DNA from: Octopus vulgaris | Taxonomy: Eukaryota | NCBI GenBank assembly: GCA_951406725.2 | Contig: OX597839.1 | Location: 29,326,001-29,390,000, forward strand | DNA length: 64,000 nucleotides | Reading direction: 5' to 3' | Shown here: positions 50,141 through 61,665 of the stretch, piece after piece | Layout of the letters: the number at the start of each line of letters is the position of its first letter | Numbering within the stretch: the stretch's first letter is position 1 | Notes under the pieces: generated by a model | Seen by the model: the letters and a program-made list of their open reading frames with translations, nothing else | Database searches by the model: none | What the model was told of the DNA's origin: nothing | Position numbers and translations under genes: made by a program

Positions 50141-50431
50141 CCGAACCTGAAACCCCCCCCCCCAACTACAACAACGAACCCACACAAACACACGCACACG
50201 TTATCATACGATCATCGTATGCAGAACAGAATGGATTTTGGGTCTAAGAACGAACTGCTCCGAAGAATCGCTGCCGAGGCAAAAAACCATTGATTAGTCT
50301 GGCACAATTTTGCTATTCATAGAATCTACAGTTGGCAGCTGTGGGTCTGCGACTCGATTTATCTGAGATATTTGCCTGGAATTGGTTTGCGAGGACTGTA
50401 CTGAATCTACGACATATTTCGTTTTGTTTGC

Positions 50432-50467
<36 letters not shown>

Positions 50468-50514
50468 TATCTCTGTGTGTATATACATATCCTCATACAT
50501 ACATACACATACAT

Positions 50515-50571
<57 letters not shown>

Positions 50572-50575
<4 letters not shown>

Positions 50576-50863
50576 CGTGACCGACCAGGCTATCAGATAT
50601 TGTTACACATCGCTGGTCACAAGGCGCTTCGCATTGTTTTAGCCATCAAAGGACGCCACCCCGCTGGCTAAGCGAGCAGGCCCAACAGAAGAAAGAGTCA
50701 GAGAAAGTTGTGGCGAAAGAGTACAACAGGGACCGCCACCACCCCCTGCCGGAGCCTCGCTTGGCTTTAAGTGTTTTCGCTCAATAAACACTCGGTCTGG
50801 GAATCGAAACCGCGATCCTGCAGTAGCGAGTACGCTGCCCTAACCACTGGGCCATTGCGCTTC
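50572..50863 (-). mobile_element. SINE family C head/body with tail 2
   Basis: Tail ..ttgtgaccagcgatgtgtaacaatatctgatagcctggtcggtcacggtga running into (TA)n. Confidence 0.85.
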
Positions 50864-51031
50864 ACACACACACACACACACACACACACAATTCTTAAAC
50901 AAGAATGTTCTTCACAGTTACTTCGAAGTTTCGGCCAGCTAAAACGTCGTCGGACTGTCGACAGTGGCCGATGACTTTGCTGGACTATGGCTTAGCTGGC
51001 TCACCAGAATAATATAAAATTCTTTTTATTC

Positions 51032-51657
51032 GAGGCGCAGGTGTAGCTGTGTGGTAAGAAGCTTGCTTCCCAATCATATGGGTCCGGGTTCAGTTCCACT
51101 GCGTGGCATCTTGGGCAAGTGTCTTAAACTATAGCCTCGGGCCGACCAAAGACTTGACAGTGGATTTGGTAGATGGAAACTGGAAGAAGCCCGTCGTATC
51201 TATCTACATTTGTGTGTGTGTTTGTGTGTGTGTGTTTGTCCCACTGCCATCGCTTGACAACTAATGCTGGTGTGTTTATATCCCCGTAACTTAGCAGTTC
51301 GGTAAAAGTGACCGATGGAGTAAGTGCTAGGCTTACAAAGAATAAGTCCAGAGGTCGATTTATTCGACTAAAGGTGGTACTCCAGCATGGCCGCGGTCAA
51401 ATTACTGAAACAAGTAAAAAGAATAAAAAAAAAAGAAAAAAGAATAACTGAACATTAAAACATACATAGATGCGTGTGTGTGTGTGTGCGTATCTTTTAC
51501 TTATTTCAGACATGGTACTGCGGCCATGTTGGAGCACCGTCTTGAAGAGTTTTAGCCGAACAAATCTATCCCATTACTTTTTTTAAAGCCTCAAAGCCCG
51601 GTACTTATTCTACTGGTCTCTCTTACGGGGACGTAAACAAACCAACACCAGTTGTCA
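51032..51657. mobile_element. SINE family B (+ 51032-51430) followed tail-to-tail by a minus-strand 3' half (51492-51657)
   Basis: Reverse-complementary 3' halves ~60 bp apart. Confidence 0.8.
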
Positions 51658-51981
51658 CTATATATATGTATATATGTACATACATATATCATCATTTCGG
51701 GTCGATAATTTAAGTACCATCCCCCAAATTAACCCCATCCCCCAAATTTCAGGCTTTGTGCCTATAGTAGAAAGGAAGCTAAAAAGTGATGCATATGCAC
51801 TTATCTCTGAGTGTGCAGCACCTTATAACCGAAACAGATGTAAGCTGCTGATGAATGAGGGCTTCAACAAGGATGCAAAACCCTTTCATGCTACACAATT
51901 AATGCAAACTACATTGTTCGTTACATCACACTAAGTGTTTGATAGTATTTACACACACACATATACATTTACATACACATA

Positions 51982-52024
<43 letters not shown>

Positions 52025-52229
52025 CAAAATAGGCAACAAGAATATCTCCGGTATGCTGGGGCACCGCCTTGAAGAATTTTTAGTCGAATGTATCGACCCC
52101 AATACCGGAGATATTCTTGTTGCTTATTTTGATTATAATCATCCCATTTGGTTGATATGGATAACACCATACCAAATTCTGGTGCATCTAACTTAAGTAC
52201 CATATTCATTTGAATCTAAATCTTGCTGA

Positions 52230-52277
<48 letters not shown>

Positions 52278-52451
52278 CACACAGATATACATACATGTAT
52301 GTACATGCATGCGTATGCACATAACGTGCTGGTTTCTAACAAGGCATCCTCAAACTGAATAAAGGTCTTCATACTTCGGGAAACAGTTTTACACACACAC
52401 ACACACACACATCTCTTTCTATATATATATATGCATTCCTATATAATTAGC

Positions 52452-52539
52452 TTTACAGTTTTACAAATCCGTTTGGATCATCTTAATGATCTTCTCAAAT
52501 AAGATCAAGACGATCGAAACAGATTTATAAAACTGTAAA
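52452..52539. repeat. 88-bp hairpin/inverted repeat
   Basis: tttacagttttacaaatccgtttggatcatctt / aagacgatcgaaacagatttataaaactgtaaa (29/33 matches) plus an inner tgatctt/aagatca pairing. Confidence 0.8.
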
Positions 52540-52933
52540 CTAGTCATTAATGAGTGTGTGTATGTGCGTGTGTGAAGTGGTTAGAGTGTTGTATTCACAG
52601 TCATAGAGGTCGCGGTTTCAACTCCTAGCCCCAGTGATTGGCTGGAACACTACTTAAACCACTTTATTTCACATTGCTTTGATGCGCTCAGTTGCAAACG
52701 AATACCACACTAGTACCATACGAGTACTGCAGCAGCTTTCTCCCCCTCCATCAGTTGTCACATCCTGCATGCTCCAGTGCACCGAGGGACCAATGGATGG
52801 CTATATCTACTCGCTGTGATAGAGACACCTAAATCAAATTTGCGAAAGCAAGGTACATGCGGCCAAGTAATACTCGCTTGCAAGTGACGGCTATGTTGAT
52901 ATATGCATATACATACACGCACGTACATACGTA

Positions 52934-52970
<37 letters not shown>

Positions 52971-52974
<4 letters not shown>

Positions 52975-53134
52975 CGCATGAGTGGCTGCGTGGTAAGTAG
53001 CTTGCTTACCGACCACATGGTTCCGGTTTCAGTCCCACTGCGTCATACATTGGGCAAGTGTCTGCTACTATAGCCTGGGGCTGACCAACGCCTTGTGAGT
53101 GGATTTGGTAGACGGAAACTGAAAGAATCCCGTC

Positions 53135-53185
<51 letters not shown>

Positions 53186-53337
53186 TGTGTGTCTGTGTTT
53201 GTCCCCCCAACATCGCTTGACAACCGGTGCTGATGTGTTTACAACCCCGTAACTGACCGGTTCGGCAAAAGAGACCGATAGAATAAGTACTAGGCTTACA
53301 AACAATAAGTTCTAGGGTCGATTTGCTCGACTAAAGG
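52971..53337 (+). mobile_element. SINE family B, near full length
   Basis: gtggctgcgtggtaag (A box), ggtttcagtccc (B box), ttgggcaagtgtct CORE-like motif, internal (TA)n. Confidence 0.9.
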
Positions 53338-54595
53338 ATTAATGTAGGCACGTAAGTATTGTGTTTATTATTAAATACAATAATATAAATTATTTACATG
53401 TTTTTAAGTTATGAAACAATTTGTCGTGATTTTAGAATTTTCTTATTGTTAAATATAATTCCATCAAAGTATTTCTCTGCCATATCTATCTATCTATCTA
53501 TCAATCAATATATATATATATATACACACACATGTATACACATCTATATACACATATATGTATACACATACACACACACACTTACACACACACACACACA
53601 CATACACCCACACACACATCTACTCATACACACACATAAGTTTTTTTTGTGGAGGGAATAGGGAATCTCGAAGCATATGTAAAACTATGAATAATAGCAT
53701 TATTGCAAAAGTTGATAAAATTCTTATGAGACAGACATATATTTATGTGTGTGTTTAAGTGTGTGTGTGTGTGCGTGCGTGTATGTGTTGGCGTCTGTAT
53801 AACATATGAAGAAAGAGAACTGACGTACGCAATGACATTACTGAACTACAGACGCCATCATCGCCAGTCGAACGGAGCTGCTGGAAGCGTTCAGCTCTCG
53901 CAGAAACATTTTGTATCTAAATACGAAGCTACTTGAGTATAACAATATACTCTAGAGTTCGGCGGAAGTTCCCAGCCTGGTTCTTCCTATTTCCAGACAA
54001 CTTTTGATAGAGAGATATTGTCAGCGGTTTCCGAAACCTCGATCATCTCCTGATACTGAGATGATTATAGGATTATAGGATGGGAATGTTCCACAGTTTG
54101 AGATCTTTGTATGTGTTTGGTGCAGCACATTTTGACATACATACTTATGCAGGTGTGTGTGTGTATACGAATACACACACACAAACATATATATATACAC
54201 ACACACATGTATATATGCACACACACACGCACATATATAAATTAATATATATATATATATATAGACATATATATGTATATAAATATATAAACATATATAT
54301 ATGAATATATATATACATGTGTGTGTGTGTGTATGTGTATATGCATATAACCAATGTATATGTGTGTTTTACACACACACAGTGATACACATATGTCTGC
54401 TCTCAAACACATCCGTATACATATACATACGTACATGCATGGATATAAATACATGCATTCATTCATACATACATACATACATAACAAAACAGCTGAGATT
54501 TACGCTAACTACCTACATAATATATACGTATATGTGTGTGTGTGTGTGTGTGTACATACACACGTACTGCATTCACAGACGCACACACATCTAAG

Positions 54596-54822
54596 TGTTG
54601 TGTTGTCGAAAGTGTTGGTTGGAAGGCAGTTTTGCATGACAAATACGTGGCCTGTAGCAAACAAGCTGATGTAGACGAGAAGCACACCCATCAGTGGCTA
54701 CGAAGCTCAGGGCTAAAGGCAGAGAGCGAAGGTTTTATCTTGGCTGCCCTATGTATCGTTTCTCTGCCCTATGTATCGGGAAGATACTCGGCAAGAAATG
54801 GAAACAGAATTGAAAGAATGAA
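54596..54822 (+). mobile_element. Internally deleted R4/Dong LINE piece fused to its 3'UTR end
   Basis: LHDKY..QADVDEKHTHQWLRSSGLKAESEGFILAA, then a UTR matching 29440-29515 (cgtttctctgcccta..ggaaga..tcggcaagaaatggaaacagaattgaaa). Confidence 0.8.
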
Positions 54823-54840
54823 AATAATAATAATAATAAT

Positions 54841-55427
54841 ACATTCCATACATTGGAAGCTATGCCAACATTATGGAATAACAACAGAAAAAAGATGGTA
54901 TAGGCACACACCAGAAAAGGTCACAGAAAACGAGAAAGCAACCATACTCTGGGATATGCCGATACACACAGATAGAGAAATTAAGGGCAACAGACCAGAT
55001 ATAGTTGTCAGAGATCATGAAGAAAAAAAATGCTTTCTAATTGAGGTATCAATACCGGCTGATGACAACGTGTCTCTAAAAGAAATGGAGAAACTCTCAA
55101 AATACAAAGACCTGGAAATAGAGGTAACTAGAATGTGGAACCTGAAAACAGAAACAATTCCTATCATAGTAGGTGCATTAGGCATGATAAAAAAATATTC
55201 AGACAAATACATAACAAAAACACCAGGACTTACAAACACATATAACATACAGAAAATTGCACTACTAGGCACTGCACACATCCTACGCAGAACACTTTCC
55301 ATACAATAACCATCAGAGCATCACAACAAATCACAGCACATACCCAAGGCACACAGAGCTGCGCTCGGTAGTGAAGTGAAAGCACGCTATAAAAATAAAA
55401 ATAAAACTACTGAATAATAATAATAAT
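54841..55427 (+). mobile_element. Well-preserved 5'-truncated R4/Dong LINE (RLE domain open) in (TAA)n
   Basis: IHWKLCQHYG..WYRHTPEKV..ILWDMPIHTDREIKGNRPDIVV..LIEVSIPAD..EKLSKYKDLEIE..PIIVGALG..QKIALLGTAHILRR*; (TAA)n on both sides. Confidence 0.9.
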
Positions 55428-55699
55428 TTCATTTGCCACAAGGGCGACGGATGAGGGGGACAATACAAAGACGGATATAAAGTGTGGGGGTTTACATATA
55501 ATGAAATGATAAAAAAAAAAACGGAAGAAAGTAAATATACGCAAAAGCTTACTGGTATGAGAACCCCAAACATGAAGAAAAGTTTCTTCGCTTGATTAAC
55601 CGGGTGTTAGAATATCACAGTAGCGTAGTTAGCAGGAGGCGGTCTGGTTTTAAGGGTGTGACACGTTTGGACTCCCTGTATAGGTTTGGGAGAGCAGGA

Positions 55700-56800
55700 A
55701 GCACGACTCATTCGAAAGATACTTTGGCGGCACTGATTCTAGCTATGTCACTAAAATGTCAACTTTCTGGAATGTCACCTTGGAAATAACGTGATTCGTT
55801 GACGCCTGAGAATATCATTCGACTGTATTTCAATAAATTCCACCCGACATTCGGGAATAATATTTTCTGAAAGATGAGGGAGATAAACAGCTAATCCGTC
55901 AGTTTGTACGAATAATCCATGGATTGTAAACCAGCAAAAATAAAGTTTTCTTTGATCTGAAACGGTGGAAACAGTTCTCAAAATTCTAACTTTATACATT
56001 TTCTAGAGAAAACCAATTTCTCGAATTTCCACGTAATTTTCAAAGATTGAGGTTTCTTATAATGAGTGACCACTTGTGACTTGTGAAGAGTGCATCAAAC
56101 AAACGAAACATATTCTCGTTAACACGTCTGCTACCATTTTGTCTTTCCATTGAGCCCCCAAATTCATCTTGTTTAGATGATCTCTGATGTCCATCATAAA
56201 TGCTAAATGTGCCATCCATTCTTGTCGCTCAGTTTAACGAGAAGACTCGAAGTTTTAACGATATTCTAACGATAAAAATACACGAATTGATTGAAGGAGG
56301 TGGAAAAATTAACGCAAAGCAGATTGTTTGATTTTTTTTATTTGGAAGTGGTACGATAACTTAACCGTGTGGTATTCGTGGTATTCCGTGATTACGGAAT
56401 TTTCAGTGGTTCAGTGCGAGTGCACGAACGTGGTTCATAACATCGATATCTTTCATTACATCCTCAAAATCTATCGGAATGAAGAGCTGCCAAGTTTTGT
56501 GGATCAATAACACAGCGATCATTGACAGCATTATCACGTATTTCATGATGATTCTTCCACCACAACCACGTGTTTCCCCACCGTCGCCATTGATCCAACA
56601 GTAGTAAATGGAGAATCTACGTTGAGCAGGGATGTTGAACATTTAAATGGTTTCCATGATACATTTCAGAATATCTTCCTCTTCACTTCTCCACCCCATC
56701 AGAGACACAATTACAGTAAAATCTCTGTAAATCACCACACAATGACACGTATATCTGTCTTTACTGTCATCAATTGCGACAGCCATTGCACCAGTATTCA
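55700..56800 (-). mobile_element. hAT (Charlie/SPIN/GTF2IRD2-like) transposase relic
   Basis: AVAIDDS, EDILKC, TTVGSMATVGK (TTDGA motif), RCVI.PQNL, EDVMK..NHVRALALNH, EWMAHLAFMMDIRDHLNKMNLGAQWKD, EFIEIQSNDIL, in correct order with frameshifts. Confidence 0.75.
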
Positions 56801-56814
56801 TTGTAGCTCATGCA

Positions 56815-57350
56815 TCGGTGAATTGGCAGAGCCGTCAGAGAGTCGGACAGAATACTTCGCGGTTCAGACTCTGAGGGCTGTTCAAATCCTGCTCTTCAAA
56901 TATGTTCCAATTCCGCCGGGATCAACACTGCTTCTCGTGCTTTCGGAATCGATAAAAACGTACCAATCTAAGCTGATGAATTAATGGAACTGTAAGAAAG
57001 TCGGACCGGATATTTTACAGTGTTTCGACTCTTTGCGTTCTACGTTCAAATCCCGCCGCAGTCAGCTTTGTCTCTCATCCTTTCGAGGTCGATAAAAACG
57101 TTGCAATCCAGGCTGATGAATTAGCGAAACTGTAAGTCGGACCGGATACTTTGCAGTGTTTGTTTCGGCACTTTGCGTTCTGAGTTCAAATCCCGCTATG
57201 GTCAAGTGGGGTTTGCTTCTCATCCTTTCGGAACCAAAGAAGAGGTATCACTCCAAGGTGATGGATGAGCAGAATTGTAAGAAAGTCAGACCGGATACCC
57301 TACGGTATTTCTTATGGCTCTTTGCGTCCTGAGTTCAAATCCCGCCCTGG
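56815..57350 (+). mobile_element. Tandem array of ~4 old SINE A-like units (~140-155 bp)
   Basis: Repeating gctgatgaatta..gaactgtaag..gtcggaccggata..ctttgcgttct..gttcaaatcccgc. Confidence 0.7.
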
Positions 57351-58039
57351 CCTACTTGGGTGGCAGACTTAATCAATCGTCCCGTTTAAGAACACCACCT
57401 GGTTCTTGGGTGTCTTTAGTGGAGTCCATTCTGTTCCAAGCATTTGGGCCAATTTTCCTGTTTAAAGAGACCTTCCACCCTACCCCACACCAATTTCGGT
57501 GGCTCTGCAACTGGTCATGGGAATTGCCTTCCTTCCTGACTCAGTATAATAAAAAAAAAACCCACTATATTTAACGATGTTTTTTCCCGTCCAGATGAAA
57601 AAACAATAACGTGTAATGTATGGATTCAAATTTGCGCACAGGGCCGGCAGTTTTGAAGGAAATAATGTTAGTCAAAGTCATCAACCCTATTACTTGTATG
57701 GTGCTTTATTTTATCGACCCAGAAGGAATAAAAAGCAAAATGGACCTCGGTGGAATTTGAACTCAGAAAAAGGAAAGGTATCGCCATTAAAGATGTTGAC
57801 GCAGACTCATTATGGCTGACGCGGCAAAATTCGAAAGAAGTACGTGAGCTTTCCTGCCAAACCGTTTGGTCGAAAGGTGGCTTAGAGTTATAAAAGCTGG
57901 TGAATTCAACCTCAGATCAGATTGCTACTTATCCATCTAGGGGAACCTATGTCACTTATCTCAGCGATTGGATTATCTCTCTCTCTCTTTCACTTGTCTT
58001 ACGCCTCATATTTATATCGTTATATGTTTATATCATGTT

Positions 58040-58430
58040 ATATACGTTATCAAAGAAGCTTGAGAGGCAGTTGGATGGAACTTACACTCGCCTCCTTATG
58101 AGAGCTCAAAATCTCTCGTGGAAACGGCATCCAACTAAAGTACAATTATATGGGAAATTACCACCTGAATCATCTCTTGTGAAAGGTAGGAGAGTCCAGT
58201 TTGCTGGACATTGTTGTAGAGCCGAAAACGAGGTAATTTATACTCTTCTCCTCTGGAAGCCATCTGCTCACTATACCAGAGGACGCACACTCTCCTACCT
58301 CGATTTAATCTCCAGGGATACAAGCATCCAGCAACAGGACCTCCGTAATGCTATGATGGACCGTGAAGTCTGGTCTGGCGTAACATGGTAAATTCCATTG
58401 TCTCGACCACGGTCAAACAATGATGATGAT
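58040..58430 (+). mobile_element. RTE-X-like LINE 3' end with (TGA)n tail
   Basis: TLSKKLERQLDGTYTRLLMRAQNLSWKRHPT...RRVQFAGHC.R...LLLW.P...AMMDREVW; tail aatgatgatgat. Confidence 0.85.
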
Positions 58431-58931
58431 TATATCGTACACGATGAAAGGTAGCATCCTTAGCCTCCAGCGTTGAGTAACACATTAATTATATGCAATA
58501 ATTTAAATTTCCTATACTACTTTCACAATATTATCCAGCGAATTATATACGGAAGATTGCAAACTGCTAAGTTCGTTGAACGTTGTTCCATTAACTTACA
58601 GGACGAATATGTGGGTTGATATGATATATGAACGCTTAATATAATATAATTTATGAAAACTCAATTAAATTTTAGCGTGGTCGGTTATTATCTTCACACG
58701 CAACATGTGTAATATTTTGAATAGCCAACGAAGAATTTATTACTAACGACCACACCAAACATGTCACACACACACACACACACATACGTACACAAGATAA
58801 ATAACAATACATGTAATAAATATATATATATGACAAATAACATATATGTTGCGATAAATGCAATATAGCAAAACTTATATACACGCGTGTGTGTGTGTAT
58901 AAAAGTTAACTTGTAATACAAGTAGAATGAT

Positions 58932-59650
58932 ATGAAGTCTGATCAATAAGTATCCGGACTGTTGCCATAGTAACAAAGCTAAAGCACGTAGAGTAAAGCC
59001 GCTTGGCACAGACTGACTTTGAATTCTGCTGTGCATTGGCATTAACTGTTATCGTTCTAGCTCACTTCCGCTGTTTACAGCAGTGCTTGGAAGGGAGGTG
59101 TGTAGCGTGTGATATTCGCATTGACCATGACGGAGAAAGTTGTCATGACGATACCTGCCCAGACAGAGGCCTACGCAAAGTTGCAGAAAGTGTATGGAGT
59201 GGAGTATATGAGCCGCACACCGGTGGACGAGTGGTTCAGACGTTTCAAAGATGGCCGAAAAAATGTCGATATTGACGAACGTTCTGGGAGAAGAGCAACC
59301 ATCAGAACTGAGAAAACATCGCAGATGAGCATGCGCGATTGGAAATCGTCGAATCACTATTCATGAGTTATCAGAGGATGTGAAGTTTAGTTGCGGTTCA
59401 GTTCAGTCCATTATCACTGAAGATTTGGGTATGAGACGCGTGTCTGGCACTTTTGTGCCAAAACTGCTTTCAGCTGACCAAATAGACACTCGGGTTTCAG
59501 TTGCAGATCTCATTGATTGTGTCGAGAACGATGAAAACGTTTGGAAAACTCTGCATTGGCCCCTGAGCAGGGATCGCCAAGCTCTGAGCAAAATTTGAGG
59601 CAGATTCTCTGCTCAACTTTCTCTGTCATGGTCAATGTGACGATCACACG
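58932..59650 (+). mobile_element. Mariner derivative: 5' TIR, N-terminal transposase relic, then an inverted copy of the ORF start (59551-59650)
   Basis: TA.gaagtctgatcaataagtatccggac TIR; EAYAKLQKVYG..EWFRRFKDGRKNVDIDERSGR; LGMRRVS..FVPKLLS; the minus strand at the right end reads MTEKVEQRICLKFC. Confidence 0.85.
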
Positions 59651-59934
59651 TGTGATTTGAAAGGAATGTAGCTTCTCTTTCTATCATGCCGAATGACTTC
59701 TCAGAGAGTCTATTTCTCACTTGTAAATCTTCTTCGGTATTATTAAGGCGGTATTTCGTCTGCGCTACATTCTGAGTTCAAATTCCGCCTAGGTCAACTT
59801 CGTCTTTCATTCTTTCGGAGGTCAATAAAATTAGTACCAGTTGCGTATTGGGGTTGATGTAATCGACTTTTTCCCTCCCCCAAATTTCAGGCCTAGAGCC
59901 TCTAGTAGAAAGAATTATTGTTATTATTATTATT

Positions 59935-60489
59935 GAGTGAGAGAGCAGTGCATGCCATCAAAGTGACACTGGGGTAAAATATATATGAAGCCCAGTATAC
60001 CCATCATGACTATCCGTCTGATAAGGGTACACTAGGCACATGCACCACAACCATATGTGCGCGACATGGTGATCTCATATCAAGATAAATAGCACATGAC
60101 CTTGCAAATGGGGCCCAGTTAGAATTTTCTTCTGGTCGAGTAACCCGTCCTACTCAAAAGGTCCCTGAATAAGGGTTGTTTAAGGATGTTGAACGAAACA
60201 CCCATATTTCCAAAGGTGAATTATCCAAACCTCTAAGAATCCCTCTCAACACATGGCTATGATACTCCCCCACTACTTCTGCTCGTGATCAGAGATGCAC
60301 ATATCACCAGCCACTAAGGGTCATGCTCAACTGGTTAAGGTCAAACAACTGACAAGCAAATCTGTGGTATTGAGTAGAATATTTGCTGTTGCCCACCTTT
60401 TTACCTAGACAAAACAATGTACATGATAACACTTCCAATTAGTTAAGATCAGAAGTCATGAGAGCCACTGCCTGGTATTGCATCAGGGC

Positions 60490-60491
<2 letters not shown>
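59935..60491 (-). mobile_element. ~555-bp non-coding element flanked by (TTA)n, copy 2
   Basis: Reverse complement of 41379-41922. Confidence 0.85.
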
Positions 60492-60525
<34 letters not shown>

Positions 60526-60914
60526 TAATAGCAGCAGCAGCTGTAGTAAATATAAATCAGTTTGCTGTAGTGTATTCAAGGTCAAAAGCTGAAAGGAAGC
60601 TGTTACATACTAATATCCCAGAAGCGTCCTTTTGGATGTGATGTGTCAGCAAGGATATTTGACAAGAACGGACTTGCGTGTTTAATTTCGAACTTGTGCG
60701 GAGCTCTGCACTCGAGTTAAAGGATATGACGAAAATATTACAAGTAACGAAAAGATGCCGATTGTACAAATATTTAGTGAGTAAAAACTGAAGTTTAGTT
60801 GTCACTGGCAACCGTGAACGACCCGGTGGCATGTTCTGTGCTTTCAGCAGTTGTTTTAGGCGACTACGTCATCGCGGACATTCTTACTTTTGACTCAGTA
60901 GAACATGGAGGATT

Positions 60915-61006
60915 GAGAGAGAGAGAAGATGGAAGAGATAGACAGAGGGAGAGGAAGATGAGGAAGAGTGATTGATAGAGAGAGAAACAGAGAGAGTGGG
61001 AGAGAG

Positions 61007-61037
<31 letters not shown>

Positions 61038-61145
61038 GAGAGAGACAGTGTTGAAGCGGGAGAGAGTGAGAGGGAGAGGAAAAGAGACCTAGAAGTAGAG
61101 GGAAAGAGAGCCAGAGAGGGGGAGAAAGAAAAAATATGCATAGAT

Positions 61146-61194
<49 letters not shown>

Positions 61195-61338
61195 AAGACA
61201 GGCTGATGATCACAGATAGAGAGGGAGAGCCAGAGAGGGTAAAAGACAGTGAGAGGAAAGAAAGAAAGAGAGAGAGGAGGAGGAAGAGAGAAAGGGAAAA
61301 AGAGAGCGAGACGAAGTTGTAGTTGGAGAGATAGATAG

Positions 61339-61421
<83 letters not shown>

Positions 61422-61505
61422 GATAGATAGACAAATAGATAGATGACAGGCAGACAGACGGACAGATAGATAGATAGAGAGAGAGAAAAAGCGACAGAAA
61501 GAGAG
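60915..61505. repeat. (GA)n-rich polypurine tract and (GATA)n
   Basis: Seen directly; similar tract at 37850-38150. Confidence 0.9.
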
Positions 61506-61606
61506 AGGGCTGCACCATCATTAGGTTGGTATTCATTTTGTGTTGAGCAGACCTGAGCTTAACGTGAAATAATGTGCTTTGCAGAAGGGCAAACCACCGA
61601 ACTCAC

Positions 61607-61665
61607 CTCTTAAGGGTTGCATAAACAAACACCGAAAATGCCGCTAATAGACACACGTTCGCCAT
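61607..61665 (-). CDS. Candidate first coding exon encoding a signal-peptide-like N-terminus
   Basis: caaATGG start; MANVCLLAAFSVFVYATLK plus 2 nt; consensus donor AG|GTGAGT; lies in a ~450-bp unique island. Confidence 0.3.

Noticed and set aside
53839-53917. Exon-like minus-strand islands (also ~16062-16150 and 50220-50407)
   Set aside because: Splice-like signals are weak or phases are incompatible; such signals are expected by chance in 64 kb.
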